Shown in pieces: positions 12,305-25,700 of a stretch of 64,000 nt of DNA. This DNA is from Lingula anatina (Eukaryota > Animalia > Brachiopoda), in assembly GCA_051362555.1 (NCBI GenBank), contig CM120642.1, positions 1,116,001 to 1,180,000 of the forward strand, given 5' to 3'. The notes beneath the pieces are model-generated. The model ran no database searches. It was not told the DNA's origin and saw nothing but the letters and a program-made list of their open reading frames with translations. Positions within the stretch are counted from its first letter, which is position 1, and the number at the start of each line of letters is the position of its first letter. The translations under genes and the position numbers were made by a program.

Positions 12305-13108
12305 ATCAAACGAGATCAGACCCAACTTCAATTATGCATATTATGCGTCACAGCTCCATATCTCATACATATCGAGACGTTTCATTTGGTTTCATTCCCA
12401 ACTCGTACTTGGCCTCGACCACCAATCTTTTTCTCTTATCCGTGCCACAAAAGATTTATAAATTGCAATGTTTCTAATTTGCATGAATGAGTTTCCAACG
12501 ATACGAGCTTATATATCTTTAACTTTGATTACAAAGACAATCTGAAAAATCGAATTATTGGACAGTTTTGATTCAAAGGATGAAATAACAGATATCGTTT
12601 TTGTGCACAATAATAACGGGTCGATTGCATACATACTGATTTTGTTTACAGAATCTGAACTTTAACAACTGCAAAGTCAACACCCAAACTACAAATCTAT
12701 TTCATCTCAATTTCCCGCAGATTACTACTTGTCAATGCTACAAGAGCAAAGTTTTGCAATAGTGTCTCTGAGTCACGTCCGGTCAAACCATCCGACAAGT
12801 CTTAGAAAGAAGGTGTACATTTCAGAGTTCCCAGAAGAGCAATTATAAGAAAAATGTGGAAAATACTTCATGTCAACTTAAAGAAAACGTCAAATCCCAG
12901 CGTTTTATTTGATGTTAGAAATCCCACAAGGACAGCAGCTCGGCCTTCTTGCTTACCAGGATTGTCTGGTTGGTTGCAAAATGTGTTTGACCTTTTCCTA
13001 AAAGTACTGTATCTGCCCAGGAAGCTTTTGGCCAGCAGTTGTTAGGGTCGTTGCCCCAGTCTTCGTTATCGTGATATAGTATGTTCCCTACTCCCACACA
13101 CGTGTGCA

Positions 13109-13216
13109 CCCAGCAAACACGTCACGTTCGGATCACGTGGCTAGCACGTTGCTACCACATTATGACGTCATAGCGACGGATTAACCACGTGGTACCAACA
13201 TCACGTGTTTGCTGGA
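13109..13216. mobile_element. Short non-autonomous DNA transposon (CCCAG termini)
   Basis: TIR CCCAGCAAACACG...CGTGTTTGCTGGA, with CA on both sides (2-bp TSD). Confidence 0.7.
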
Positions 13217-14361
13217 CACCTTTAAGAATCTTTGCAACAAAAAATAAGTAAATAGAATGAAAAATGACCTAGATACCACAGAAGCTGAGACATTATATTG
13301 ATAGTTATAAGACCACTTTAGGACGCTCACTTTATTCATTTTAATTAAACTATCATCTTTGATGATTCCTTCATTTCATAAGCCAGAGAAAACGCTTGAT
13401 TTCTATTCCTGTTGGGAGCAATTAATCAGAAGAAGGCGAAGTAAACACTAGCTCAGGCAATAACTTATTACCGTTATAAATCATAGGAATAAAAGAAAGT
13501 GACTACTCTGCTTAACTCTAAGTGATATGTCACGAAAGTATCAGATTGTCATTGGTATTAAATCACATTCATATGATTAACAGACCACAAGTGCATTCTT
13601 AACGCTGTTAACGCATTCACCTCGGATCACCACGGTTAAATTGTTCTCCCCATAGGTTAGTGGAAGTCACATTAACACGCAAATAGCTTCGTAGACTGCC
13701 TTGTCTTGCAGTTTGTCTGTGCCAGCGCTAGGTTGTTCTGTGTTCCTCAAATAACTTTATTCATCTTCATTCACGTTCTAACGCTCGGTTGCGCATGATT
13801 AGGTACAAGAACATATTGTCCAATTATAAACTGAGCGTTATGAATATAAATGCATTGTGTATGCGATTTACATCATTTACAAATGTTCTCTTAAACTGAA
13901 AGTTAAGCACGGGACGCAGGGGATATTAATCAAAAGAAATCAGACGCGCTAGAGTCAATAATTTTGTAAAAAGCCGCACGAATTGACAAATGACAAGTTT
14001 ATTCAATCGAGAGACGGTAACCCCAGGAGGATAGGACGTAACCGGGGTTACCGAGCTTCAACTTCAGCTTGCCCTGCAGATAAGATTTACAACAGCTTTT
14101 ACTTCATTTCACTGTTATAATGAATGCAATGTGACAAATATATGGTAAACACAACGAAAATAGTAAAGACTTACTTTTTATATAATAAAAAAGTGACAAT
14201 GCATTCTGAGTAAAATTTGATAAGATTTAGGCAAAGTCCATTTGAGGGTACGTGACCTCCTCAAAATGTGATACAGTGTGTGAAAGAATTCTACAAAAAT
14301 CTCCAGCTGGTGTCCCGTGTAAATAATTGTTTGTTGTTCCCCACACCCGTTGGCATCATTT

Positions 14362-14597
14362 TGTAAGATTCGATTTTAGGTTCACAGATCGAGAAGAAGT
14401 GAGCAACAAGAGTCGTGGATTTCCAAACAGCTTTATTCCCACTACCTAACTTGTTCTCTCTACCCACCACCTGTTCTATTTATATCTACCTTAATGTCTC
14501 CTTATAATAATACCTTATCATAAATCTTTCTAGGCGCGGGCGCCGCGACATCCTAGGGGCGTGGGACATGCTAAGGAGCGCCACCGCGTCCCTTACA
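14362..14597 (-). mobile_element. Solo LTR (Ty3/Gypsy-like)
   Basis: TGTAAG...CTTACA termini, perfect 4-bp TSD ATTT/ATTT, minus-strand TATAAAT (14478-14484) followed by AATAAA (14432-14437); 236 bp. Confidence 0.8.
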
Positions 14598-17539
14598 ATT
14601 TGATAGATTCAATGATGTTTCATCTCTCTTTCTCTCTCTCTCTCTCTCAGGACAACCATTCCTGTCACACCGACTAATCCTAACCTGTACTAATCTTGTA
14701 GGATCCCGGAATTCCATCCCTAAGACTACCATTTCTGTCACACCGGTAGTTGAAGCTCAACTGTCGGATTGAAGAAGTAAGGGATATAGGGGTGAAATAC
14801 TCTCCCGGCAGCCCACGAAAAACGCCATCCAACACACTGGACGGAATCACTGGACATACACACCCAGAGCCTTATAATTAGTTTTACAATATTATCAAGA
14901 ATGTATTACCATATATATTACCAAGCAAGTGTGAGACATTAGCGTGCACTGCACCGTAAAATGCTTCCAAATTTTCAAGATAAAAGATTGTTTATTTTCA
15001 TAATATGGACCTATAGTACAGAAAAAGATACTTAAGTAATAAAAATCAAATAAATGCATATGCGTGTGTTTGTCCCATAGAGTATTTACTGTCTTCTAAA
15101 ATTATTTTGAAAGTGCAGTTTTCGAAAGGAAATTTGGATGCGGACGAAAATATCTTGGCAGCCATTTGTCTCTTAATTCTATATAACAACATCTGAGCAG
15201 TAAAATTTAATGATACTTGATTTGATTTTGTATGAGGAAAAATCAGTTTTTTTACAAGAATAAACCCGATGTTATAATGAGGCTGATAGATTGAAGGTTT
15301 ACATTATAAGATAACGTCATGAACAGAGTATCATGTTTTCATTTAAATCGTTCTGATCAGTCGGTTTTCATTTACCGATAAACAGTAGCTAGAGTTTGAT
15401 TTAAGCAAAGCATGGCCAGTTAATCATTAGACCTCTCCTACTATGTTGTTTACGATGATCTCTGCAGCGCTACCCGCTCGTAAATCACCAACTTTCTTTA
15501 AGTCATTGTATGCAAATGAGGGAGTACTTTTATACAGTTAAAAAGTCCCCTGACATACAGGGGTATAATTACGATAAACGACAATTGAACTGCACAATCC
15601 CAGAGGGCAACTTGTATCTTTAATTTGCCAATTGCTTTTACCATTCTTGAAACTACCAGGGAGCGTTGGGAAATCTTTTCTCTGCATTATGGTATTTAAA
15701 CCTCGGCGCAGTTCACCTTTGATGAATAAAAAGAACGTTAGCAGAGCTGAAGGTGCCGTCCTCCCTGATTTGACAAGGGCTTATCATTGGTTAATGTCAT
15801 AATCGAACGTGGATGGCAATTCTGACACTTTTTTAAAGAAACTATTAATTGAATTATAATCTGACTTTGAGTAGTTAGCCTATGTAATTGGAAGATCACC
15901 CCAATATCATGTGACTCTCTGAGACCCCCCGCAACGCCTTTATTGGCAAAGGAGCCTTTTTAGTTTCTTGTGCGTATAGTCAAGGTCATTCTAATAACTT
16001 ACTGATAACAAGCATAATAATAAATAATAATATAATAATATAACATATCTAACTCGTATCGCCTTTTCATTTGAAAATAAACATTTTATGCACTTTCTTA
16101 TTCATATCTTTAAGTATTAAATTTGAAAATGTATTTTTGGAGATAATTACTGACTGGAAAACATGATTAAAATTAAAATTCTGCCTTGAATAATGTTTTA
16201 ATCATACGCGGTTATACAGCTTAAAATACTAATCTGACAGCTGATCATTATGAAATGGTCGCTTATGTTTCGGTTAAAAAGCCACACTGTTCATATTTGC
16301 ATGTCATGAAGAGTCCGTCATGCTTACAATTCTCTACATTTTACATGACAAATGACCTGTGACACTGACTTCTTCACAAACCTTGTTATTTTTCCCTAAT
16401 ACTGAATAATTACTTTAGTGGAATCGAGTAGATATGCGTTTCTATTAGTACTATAAAAACTATAAACTGCTCGCTGAATAATTCACTACATCTGATATCC
16501 AGTCATTTATCATTGTTATATGTCATTAATACCCTGTTTGTTTCCTGTTGTCCTTAGAGCGTAGGTCTTTGGTAATTTCATCAGACATTACGTGCAATAA
16601 GCATTACGCCTTATTAAAAAGACATGCAAGTCTTGAATAAAACACTCGTAATGTTTCATTAATCCTTGTTTTCATAGCTATCGACAATATGCCACGAACC
16701 TGGGGCGCGCAACCGAGGCTGCTGTCCCAAAAGTAAATTTTTCATATTGATTCACGCAAAGGGCAGACAAGCATGGAAAATTTGTTGCGCAATATGTCTT
16801 TTGCTTTATGCAGCAGAATAATTCTTCAAATAATGCAGGCGATAAAGAATAAGACGAACTGATGCCGGCTATTTGAAACACTGGTATATTAGCTACATGG
16901 TAGAAACTGACGAAGTGAGTTCATACAAACTCTTGCAGTTTAACCTTTTCTCTGGTTCAAATTGAAAGAGCCATTCATTCATTCAGTCATCTTTCTCTGA
17001 GCACTGTACCGTGTAGTTTTTTCCCGGCGACTTTCATATCAAATTACTGCGGCCATAATGGACTCAATCAATCGATATCTGGACAGACAAATTACTCCGC
17101 CCTTGCGTTGAACGTTTAACTCGTGGAAAATCCCTTTGATATGATGATAATTCTTCGCGAACTATTTCGGTAAAAGATATGATAACGGCCTTAGAATACA
17201 CCCATAGTATTACACAGTAACGCTTCTGGTTTTCACACCGTTATCTGCACAAAAATTGTGTTCACCGTTTTCTTTACCGAAAATGATTTATAACAATATT
17301 AAAGCCTACTCAGCCAAAAAAATGGCGGTGATTCAATTATCTTTAAATCTCTTTATGTATTTATTTTTAAAAGCAAATATATTTTTCTTCTTTCATTATA
17401 CGTAGTTAAATATTGACCAAAACTGTTTTAATTTCAAAAACGATAAATGGATTTATATTGTGATGTTTAGGTACATTTACCTCGATCAACACTGATTGAT
17501 TCTAAAAAGACAGGTACAAACACCGGGAAGATTTATCTA

Positions 17540-17541
<2 letters not shown>

Positions 17542-17571
<30 letters not shown>
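17542..17571. repeat. (GT)n microsatellite
   Basis: Seen directly. Confidence 0.95.
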
Positions 17572-17573
<2 letters not shown>

Positions 17574-18169
17574 CGTTTTCATTCACAACTGACTATTGCA
17601 TTATCTTTCACCCTAGAAACCGGGAATAGACATCTTGTTATCCGATTTGTAGGTTCGAATCTTAAGCAAGTGCCACACTGGATTACCTACGAGTTTCCAC
17701 AATAATACTACTAAAGTCCACACATCTTACTTTAAATAAAAAAATTTCAGTTTCAATGACCTAGCTAGAGAAAAAAGCTTGTAAAAGGTATCAGTACACA
17801 TTACCGCTCTCCCCGGCTACCTCAGATCTTGAATGAATTTGTCTTTATTAAAAGTTTACCATACATGATTGAAAATGTCCGAGGACCCTGCAAAGCTATT
17901 ATCTTTCCCTATTCAGACCTTAAAAACGATTAAAAAAAACTCAAATGAAATACCTGATTTCAATTTTTACTTTTGAAATGTCAAAAAACATAGAAGTCTA
18001 AATATCTGGCCAGACTAATTATTTGATTGGAAATGGTATAAGGCATAGAATCCAAGTGCAAGGTGAACAGGTGAACAGGAGAAAAATCCACATGGAAAAT
18101 TCGATTTAAAGCAAAAATCCCAGACATTTTACCTTTAATCGAGCCTAAAATGTGTTACAATAGACTTAC

Positions 18170-18620
18170 CTTGTAAGTAGCGTATCATAATACACATCAC
18201 CTCCCCGAATATAAAATCCCGCAGCAGCGTGGGGATGATGGTGACTGGCATACACAGGACAGCCAGGAGCAGGTCACTGATGGACAAATTTAACAGAAAC
18301 ATATTGGTCACTGTTCTCATCCGCTTGTTCTGGACCAGGGTAGCAATGACCAGGCCGTTGCCAACGACGCTGAGTAGAAAGATCAGGGAGTAAAGCGGAA
18401 TCAGGATCTCGCCGGGAATTTCGGAGGTTTCCGACCGAGTGAAGTTATAGGTTTCATTCCCGGTGTTGTCGGTGCCGTCCATCTCAACTGTCTGAGTGAC
18501 CGCTCCGTCAGGAAAGCTGAAGTCAACTAAGCTGTTTAAGGCGGCCACATGACTGCCGCTATAATTCCACGCCAAGTCCACGCCGTACGCTGATGTATTT
18601 TCGATCTTTTCAAATTCCAT
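18170..18620 (-). CDS. CCKR: Cholecystokinin/sulfakinin-type receptor (class A GPCR), coding exon 1 (N-terminus, TM1-TM2, start of TM3)
   Basis: ORF MEFEKIENTS...IPLYSLIFLLSVVGNGLVIATLVQNKRMRTVTNMFLLNLSISDLLLAVLCMPVT...YLQ carries the GN and RMRTVTNxFLxNLxxSD motifs typical of CCK receptors. N-glycosylation sequons NTS, NYS, NET, NFT. Donor CAAG|GTAAGT at 18170/18169; 451 nt, ends in phase 1. Confidence 0.95.
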
Positions 18621-19373
18621 AACAACAATGAGAGGAACGTTGAAAATCCGTACTTAGAACCTGTGACGCCGTGTTCCAATTAACCCGATGTTTTACTCAA
18701 AGGCCACGGGCAATGGCCGCAAGCTGTGTACTTGATTGTCCGAACTTTCCTCCTTTTTTCATTAAACGTTCTTTTCGTTACTTTCTTTTTCTCGTTAATC
18801 TACCACCACGTGTTTCTCATGTAAACTGTACACGTGTTTTACACAATTCTGCGTGTTGTGTCCGGTACGGTTGTTTACGCCATTAGCAGGTTCCTTCAAT
18901 AATACTATCGATTTGGGAAATGTTTTTTTTATATATATATATATCAGTATGCGAAGAAGTAGTAATTGTCACAGTTGTGTCAGTCCTGCTTATTAAACTG
19001 CCAACACAACAATGTTTTGGTCTTTTTGACTTTGGCCGGTTCTGTCAGACGTGAACTGCGTTGCCTCACCAGGTTGATGCAACAGAAGGGAAGAAGCCAA
19101 GAAACGCAATTAAATTTGAATAATTGATAATAGGCTCGTGCCCGGCATTTATTTCCTTCCGTAGCTTGAGCGGGTAATGGATCCGTATTCATCGGTATTC
19201 AAATCACCGTTAAAAGTTGTTTCCCTGTCTTTTTAGATAAATGGCTTTATTCAGAAAAGCCAATTTGGTTCTTCCATTACCTTGTTCGTTTCTACATTTC
19301 CACTTACGACACTTTGGGTGTCGTCGCCTTAAGAAGTAATGAAAATGCTACGTGACTTTTTAAAGTGACTTAC

Positions 19374-19720
19374 CGGTACTATTTTCTCAAGGAAAACTCC
19401 TCACTTCCTCTTCTTCTTCAACTTTAATTAAGTTGTCTATTCCGTTCTTTTTCTTGTTCCTTTTTTATATCTAACGCATAAAATCACACATTTACATTTA
19501 AAAAATGGCAACGTCCGTCCAAATTGACTTCAAAAATTATATCCAAGCGTGATATATATTTTTATTTCGGAATCAAAAACCAACGCAGTGAAGTCAAGTC
19601 AATAAACGGTATCTTCAGCGCTCTCAGGCCTCGTTATCTGCTAGTTAAGCGTTCGTCCCTTCAGTGAAGTAAATCCTTCTCCCTCTCAACTCCGTGGAGA
19701 TATCAGCACGGCGATTTATA
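19374..19720 (-). promoter_or_regulatory. Candidate CCKR core promoter and non-coding first exon
   Basis: TATAAA on the minus strand at 19715-19720 and a strong donor CCG|GTAAGT at 19374/19373, upstream of the ATG at 18620. The acceptor was not resolved. Confidence 0.35.
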
Positions 19721-21456
19721 GCTTCTCGCAAATTGAGCTCGGGGTTTCGCTAATGATTATAAGCTAGAGTAAAGGTTTTTATATTTCCTGATGCATTACT
19801 CCCTTGTCTAGATTAGACGATTATCCTATCCAGCGTCTTCCCTAATAGATGCCGCTATACGTGAGCAGAACTGTTCTGCTAAGGAAATCCTGATCAATTC
19901 TTGCGTGGGTCGAGCTTTCGTTGTTCCCAGCGACTGCCAAGGTTACTTTAGGGAGCGGCAGCAGAGGCAGCAAACCTTCCCGACCAATGCGTTGTTCGGC
20001 AACGTTGATACAATTACAATTATGTAGGCAACGTGAAATACCTGTAAAGACAAACATAATGTCAATAGAGAGGTGTAATATAGTTGTTCAATGTTTTATA
20101 GCAATACATGTGGACCACTAGACAGTTCCGGCGAATTATTTCCTGCCACTGGTTCTGACGGCTGTACCGTAGAAATAAAATAGTCTGAAAAGGTAAATTA
20201 TCCCTACGGTAAAAATAATTTCCTTGACTGCTGAAAACTACGAAAAACTTTGAATGTAGATAATAGTAACTATATGTGATGTTCGCCTTTGAATACAGTA
20301 CTTAAAACGCTTTTCATAGTGAATTTTTTCTTTGCAGTGCTTCTTGTTCATCACCACCCTGAGTAGTTTGTCGCGATATCGGAACTCTATTCTGACGTAT
20401 TTCGCGCAGCAAGTTCACTTTTTCTTTACTTTTTTCCTCCAGATCTGTTTTCAAGCTAAAATGCATACTTTCATAAAACTGGTAACCGACGTTGCCGAGG
20501 CCCAAGACCCAACAAGAAGCCTTGAGTTTCGTTCAATTTTTTTATCGTTTTTGTCGGTTATGGAGAAGAAACCATCATAAAAATTGACAGATACTTTGGG
20601 TAGTCTGGTGCTCTTATCGTTCCTCTCAGTATCACAATTTCTCTTGTAGTCGTTAACCCGGTTCCTAACGATCATATGTTTCTCACGAGACCCTGGTGGT
20701 TGTTTTTACATCAACTCTTATTAAATGCTTAATATAGAATGTTCAGATTCTCGAGTTCTTATCGCTTTCTCCGATAAGCTTCGAGACTCACTTGATCCAG
20801 AGTAGTTACAAATATATACCTTCCCACAAAAAACTTGTAAGTTTTTTTAGATAGTTTCTTTTTGTTCTTAATTGTTCCTCGACAGTTCTTGTAAAGCCTC
20901 AAGGGTAGAACTGATAGCGACAGTCGATACTTAGCCCTAGTCTAACCCATGTTAACCCTGCCGCACTGAGAGCGGCTTGGAACCTTTTGAACTTGGCGTT
21001 TATCTCTTTCATGCTCAGTGCGCTCTCTCGTGTGCCTTGTGAGGTTATGCATACGATGAACCCAGTCAGTCGTGAAGTCATTCAGAAATCTAAAGATAGG
21101 AACATTTTGGCTCGACGTCTACTTGTAGCAATCGTCAGTGACGACGGGCGTTATTATAAGGGTTAGGACTGTGGTTTATTCCAGACATTTCTTTACTTTA
21201 CCCCAGTAAGGACGCAATATGAAACCGTTTTCGTATCAAGCTGCGAATAAAAGGAAATTCATTCTAAGGTTATTATCATATCAATGCATACTGTCAGATA
21301 TTAAAAACTTCCAAGGCTTTTCGAGTCAGTCGTGTTTATCATCCCTCACCCCCCAAAATAATAATAACGCCATTTCATAAAAGGGAAGACTAATCAATGG
21401 GGGAAATAATGAAAGTCGGGCGCTTACTACGAGTATGTGAACAAACGGGCTTAAGC

Positions 21457-21488
<32 letters not shown>

Positions 21489-22551
21489 CTTCAATATCTA
21501 TAGGTTTATTGGAGAGCAGGGAAGCTTTGCATCTAAAATGACGAATTTGAACGTATATTACCAAATTCTTGTTACTTTTGCTTGCATGACCGGTTTTGGT
21601 CAAGCAGCCAATCAAGTTCATCAGTGAGGCTGGACACGACTCTGTTTTTATTTCACGACTTCGACATCTACATGTAGTTGTTATCCATAATTCCTGTACT
21701 ATTCTGTGTGGAATGAAGCCGGCTAGCTGACAGTTCACTTACTAATATCACGTCTATCTTGAGATTAACGTGAATATAGCATTGATGTTACAACGGTTTC
21801 TGTTGAGTTACATGTGATAATTCATAATAAGACTACGGATCTTTAGAATCTGCTACCCTGAATTGTCTAAAAAATGCGTTTCCTTCATTCAACTAATGAC
21901 ACCCGAAGGTAGAGATACGGACACACATAAAAAGTATAGGAACGGAAAACCAGCGACCTGAAAATAATGCGATATGCATTCGCTACATAAAAAAGACGGT
22001 TCCTGTGAGCATTCCATGATAGGTTAAAAAAACATGATCATATCTTATATAATTTAGTAACATAAAAAATGTCTACAGATCTATCGAGTTCGTCTTTCAA
22101 TGCACCTCTACCGGGACTTGTGTATTACGTTTCTTGTAAATCCCGAATCAATTTCCGTTATGGTTGTATTTATTGTAACATACGCACACTTACGTGTGAT
22201 ATTTATTAGTCGTTTATTGTTCGGGGATCGATGTTTTCAACTCACGGGGGAAAATTGTCGAGACCCGTGCTTTTAATGTATGTAGTTAACGCACCCATAC
22301 CGGTAGGAGAAATTTCCTGGTTCTCTGTCGGATTTAACAGGGGCAGGGAAAGGGGCATGGATATTACAGAATACGAGGACTACACTACTGTATTATGTAG
22401 GGCACTTAAATGGAAAATTCCTTGATTCTGACTCTTTTTCGCTTGTGTTACTCTTTCAGGGGAGGAATAAGGGAGCAGCTCCGAAATTAAAGTGGAGGGG
22501 GGGACTGTGCCCTCCTGGGACTGCCATTGTGATATGGGGACGACATCTAGA

Positions 22552-22775
22552 CCCCATTCCCATAGATTTAAGATCGATCTATCCCTGTGGGGAGTCTCAA
22601 TAGATTACTGTCAGCTAAGCCGGCTTCACCGTCTGTCCCGCCTACTAAAAGCTGTAAGGGGGTAAATAACTATGGTGCGCGCTCGGCTGACTGCAATTTA
22701 GCGTGAACCCCCAGGGAGTTAGGTCGATCTAAATCTTAATCTCTGGATCGATCTAAATCTCTGGGAATGCACCCC
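22552..22775 (+). mobile_element. MITE family A, copy 1
   Basis: TIR ATTCCCATAGATTTAAGATCGATC...GATCGATCTAAATCTCTGGGAAT; internal sequence shared with 36141-36353. Confidence 0.8.
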
Positions 22776-25700
22776 TAGATAGATAGATAGGCCTAAATTA
22801 TTTCAACATGACCAGAAAGTAAAAAAAAATTATTATAATATACCGTAGTTATTACATGTAAATGTGGTTATATCACAGCTGTAAATACGATCCAATCTCC
22901 AACAGGATAAACTCTAGCTGAATTTAATGGTGTTCCACTTATAATGGAGGGATGTCACCCTCTAAAGCGGTGATTGACCTGTACGTAGAACTGGTAGCGT
23001 TTAATATGAGTGACACGAGATTTGTAGCCAAGTGATTCGGACATTGCAAAGAGGATTGCTCAAAATCCATTAACTTGATGCCCACAGTCATTGAATTGGA
23101 AATTGTAATTTATGGGTATTAGCCACATTGTAAACATAATATTTTATAGTCTTTTTCTTCTTTTTTCTTTTTGAATAACGGATAAGGTCAAATGGGCTCG
23201 GGTATGTTGCAGCATGAAAAGGTCGTACAATTATGCGACAAAAATATTTAAATATTTCATTTTAAGATATTTTATCGCCAGTGCTACCTTTTGGGATGTT
23301 GCTTCAATGCAAATCTAACTAACTCGGCATTAGACACAGCATTTTTTATCTTGTTGAAAATAAAGAAAGTATATAATGAAAGTATAAATTTAGATCATAT
23401 CAAGAACAAAAGGTTGAATTACCTTTTCTTCAAGCAAAGATGACTAAATATCCGATTCGTATGGTGTTTTCATCAAGGATATGTTAATCCAGTCCACGTG
23501 GTGAAGAGACTTGTAGTCTAACGTCCTTTCTCCATGTTCAGGTCTTCACAAAATTATCACAGTTTCATGAAGACAAGTGACAGTCGTGTAAAGAACGACA
23601 GTCAGTTATGAATACCAACCTGTGTGAGCCGAATACTATATCTTTATGAAGTATAACAATACACTCGAAACAGTCTACCATAAAGATCGAAGGGTTATCT
23701 AATATTTTCGAGTTGTGAATAAGTCATCAAATACATTGAATTACCGCGTCTAACGATTTGAAGAAAACACGTGCCTTTTGGCCAGTCGGTCATCCGGGCA
23801 CTAAGATGAATTCCCGGCTGTAAGAAAGTATCAGGCAATTGGAATGATATCAAAATATAGTTTATTTGATTTGTGGGTACGAAAGTTAAGCAAAAACTAC
23901 CAAAAACAGACGTGTATTTTACTTTCAAATCAAAGAGGAACAGTGAATCATAAACAATTTCCTAATTAAAAGAGCAACATAGTGATACATCTTTCGTTTT
24001 ATTTTGGACACTATGTCCCGAGGAAGCATGGATGTACATGTATTTTAAGTAATGGAATTAATTTCTACCTCTGTTTAGAAAGCAATGAATGGATTTACTC
24101 GGTTTCAGCAACATGTATACAAGGACCCGCTACATAAAAAGTTTGAGGTCATTTTTGGGGCTAAACTATCAGCCCAATAAGACTTAGCTGACTAAGCTGC
24201 GTTTTACAAAAAACATAAATGGCATTTTATTTCGTTTTTTTCTGATATTTAAAATAAGTTCTTTGATCAAATTTTGATTGTCTTGAAGGTTTTTTATGTT
24301 ATGTAGCCAATTTTGGTAGGTGAACTATATTGGTCAATTAAATTTGTTGAAGAAAGTCTTAGTTAGGGATCAAAATGCTAAAGAAAGATTTCAGCCAAAT
24401 AAAAGATGAAAATTAAAATAGGTAAAACAGCATAGAACTAACGTCGCAATCACTAACAGTGATATCCAAACATTAACGTCTAAAAAAAACAACAACCATA
24501 CCTATCCGTTTTTCTCAAAGTTCATGGTCAGAGTAAATCGGCCTTGTGTTTTTTTACAAGCGATGATGAAAGACAAATGGCTTTAAATGTATGTATAAAG
24601 GAATCACTGTATTATAACATCAAATAACTTCTGATGTCAAAGACAAATCAGGTTGAAGTGCATGTCGTATTACGGCAGCAAGGAACAAATTGACTTTCCC
24701 TAAAGACGTAATCTTGAGATACTGGGAAGATATTTCCCCAGCAGTCGGATTACCATACCATGATTGCTCGAGCGATTTAACCGGCTCAAGCTGAAGGTCG
24801 AATGTAAATCTAAAAAAGTTCACAAGTGGGTTATTTTCCAGTTGTTCGCAGGACAACTTGCCACCGGATGTAATATGCACACAAACTAAATAGTCATATG
24901 GCGTCTTTACACTCGGGTTTGGGTGGCCCTATCTCGATACATCCTCAATGGCAGATTCAGGATTTTGCTAAATGGGAATTACATTTGTTTTTGCAGGCGG
25001 CAAATATAAAACAATAGACGAGAATAAGTTAACTATAATATGTATCGCTAAGGGATAAAATACACTTAGTCTTCTCTCCTTTGGCTTGGTACATGTAGAC
25101 TGAATTTGTGCCCCCAAAAAAAAAATTTATTTCAGAAGTTTTGTGCAGCATAGCCGAGACTAGTGACAAAATCTTCTCTTGGTTCACTGTGTGTTAAGGA
25201 CATCTCTTTTGTATTTTCTATTACACTGTCTTGGATAAGGACCACATTTATCAACCCAGGTAGCCAATCCCTTATTATTTATTCAAATTTAATCGGTCTC
25301 GACGTCTCTGACACGATATCACAAATAGCGGCGATGTTTTTCAAGGACTGGTGTTGTCTTTCATGATAACATCGCGCTCGCTTGTAACAATTAAAGACAC
25401 GGACTATAAAGAAGACACTAGGTTAGAAAGTAGGGGCATTTAATTGGATAAAAGACCAGTCTCTGTTTTCTGCCAGTGGTCATCGGTCATCCTTGGCGCA
25501 AAAGATGACTTCAGATTAAATATCGACCGATCATTGTACCGCTTCAAAGTTAACAAGTAAAATTACTCGCCGGCTATTCTCCTATGTAGAAAATTAAAAA
25601 AATCACTTTCACCATGCACGTTAATAACTTACTCTGAGGGACATATGGCGTCCAAGTGATTCACTATTATCAAAAGATATGTTATTTAAAGGTATTCATC

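Noticed and set aside
14015-14053. 10-bp stem CGGTAACCCC/GGGGTTACCG
   Set aside because: No tRNA, miRNA or snoRNA features; may be chance.
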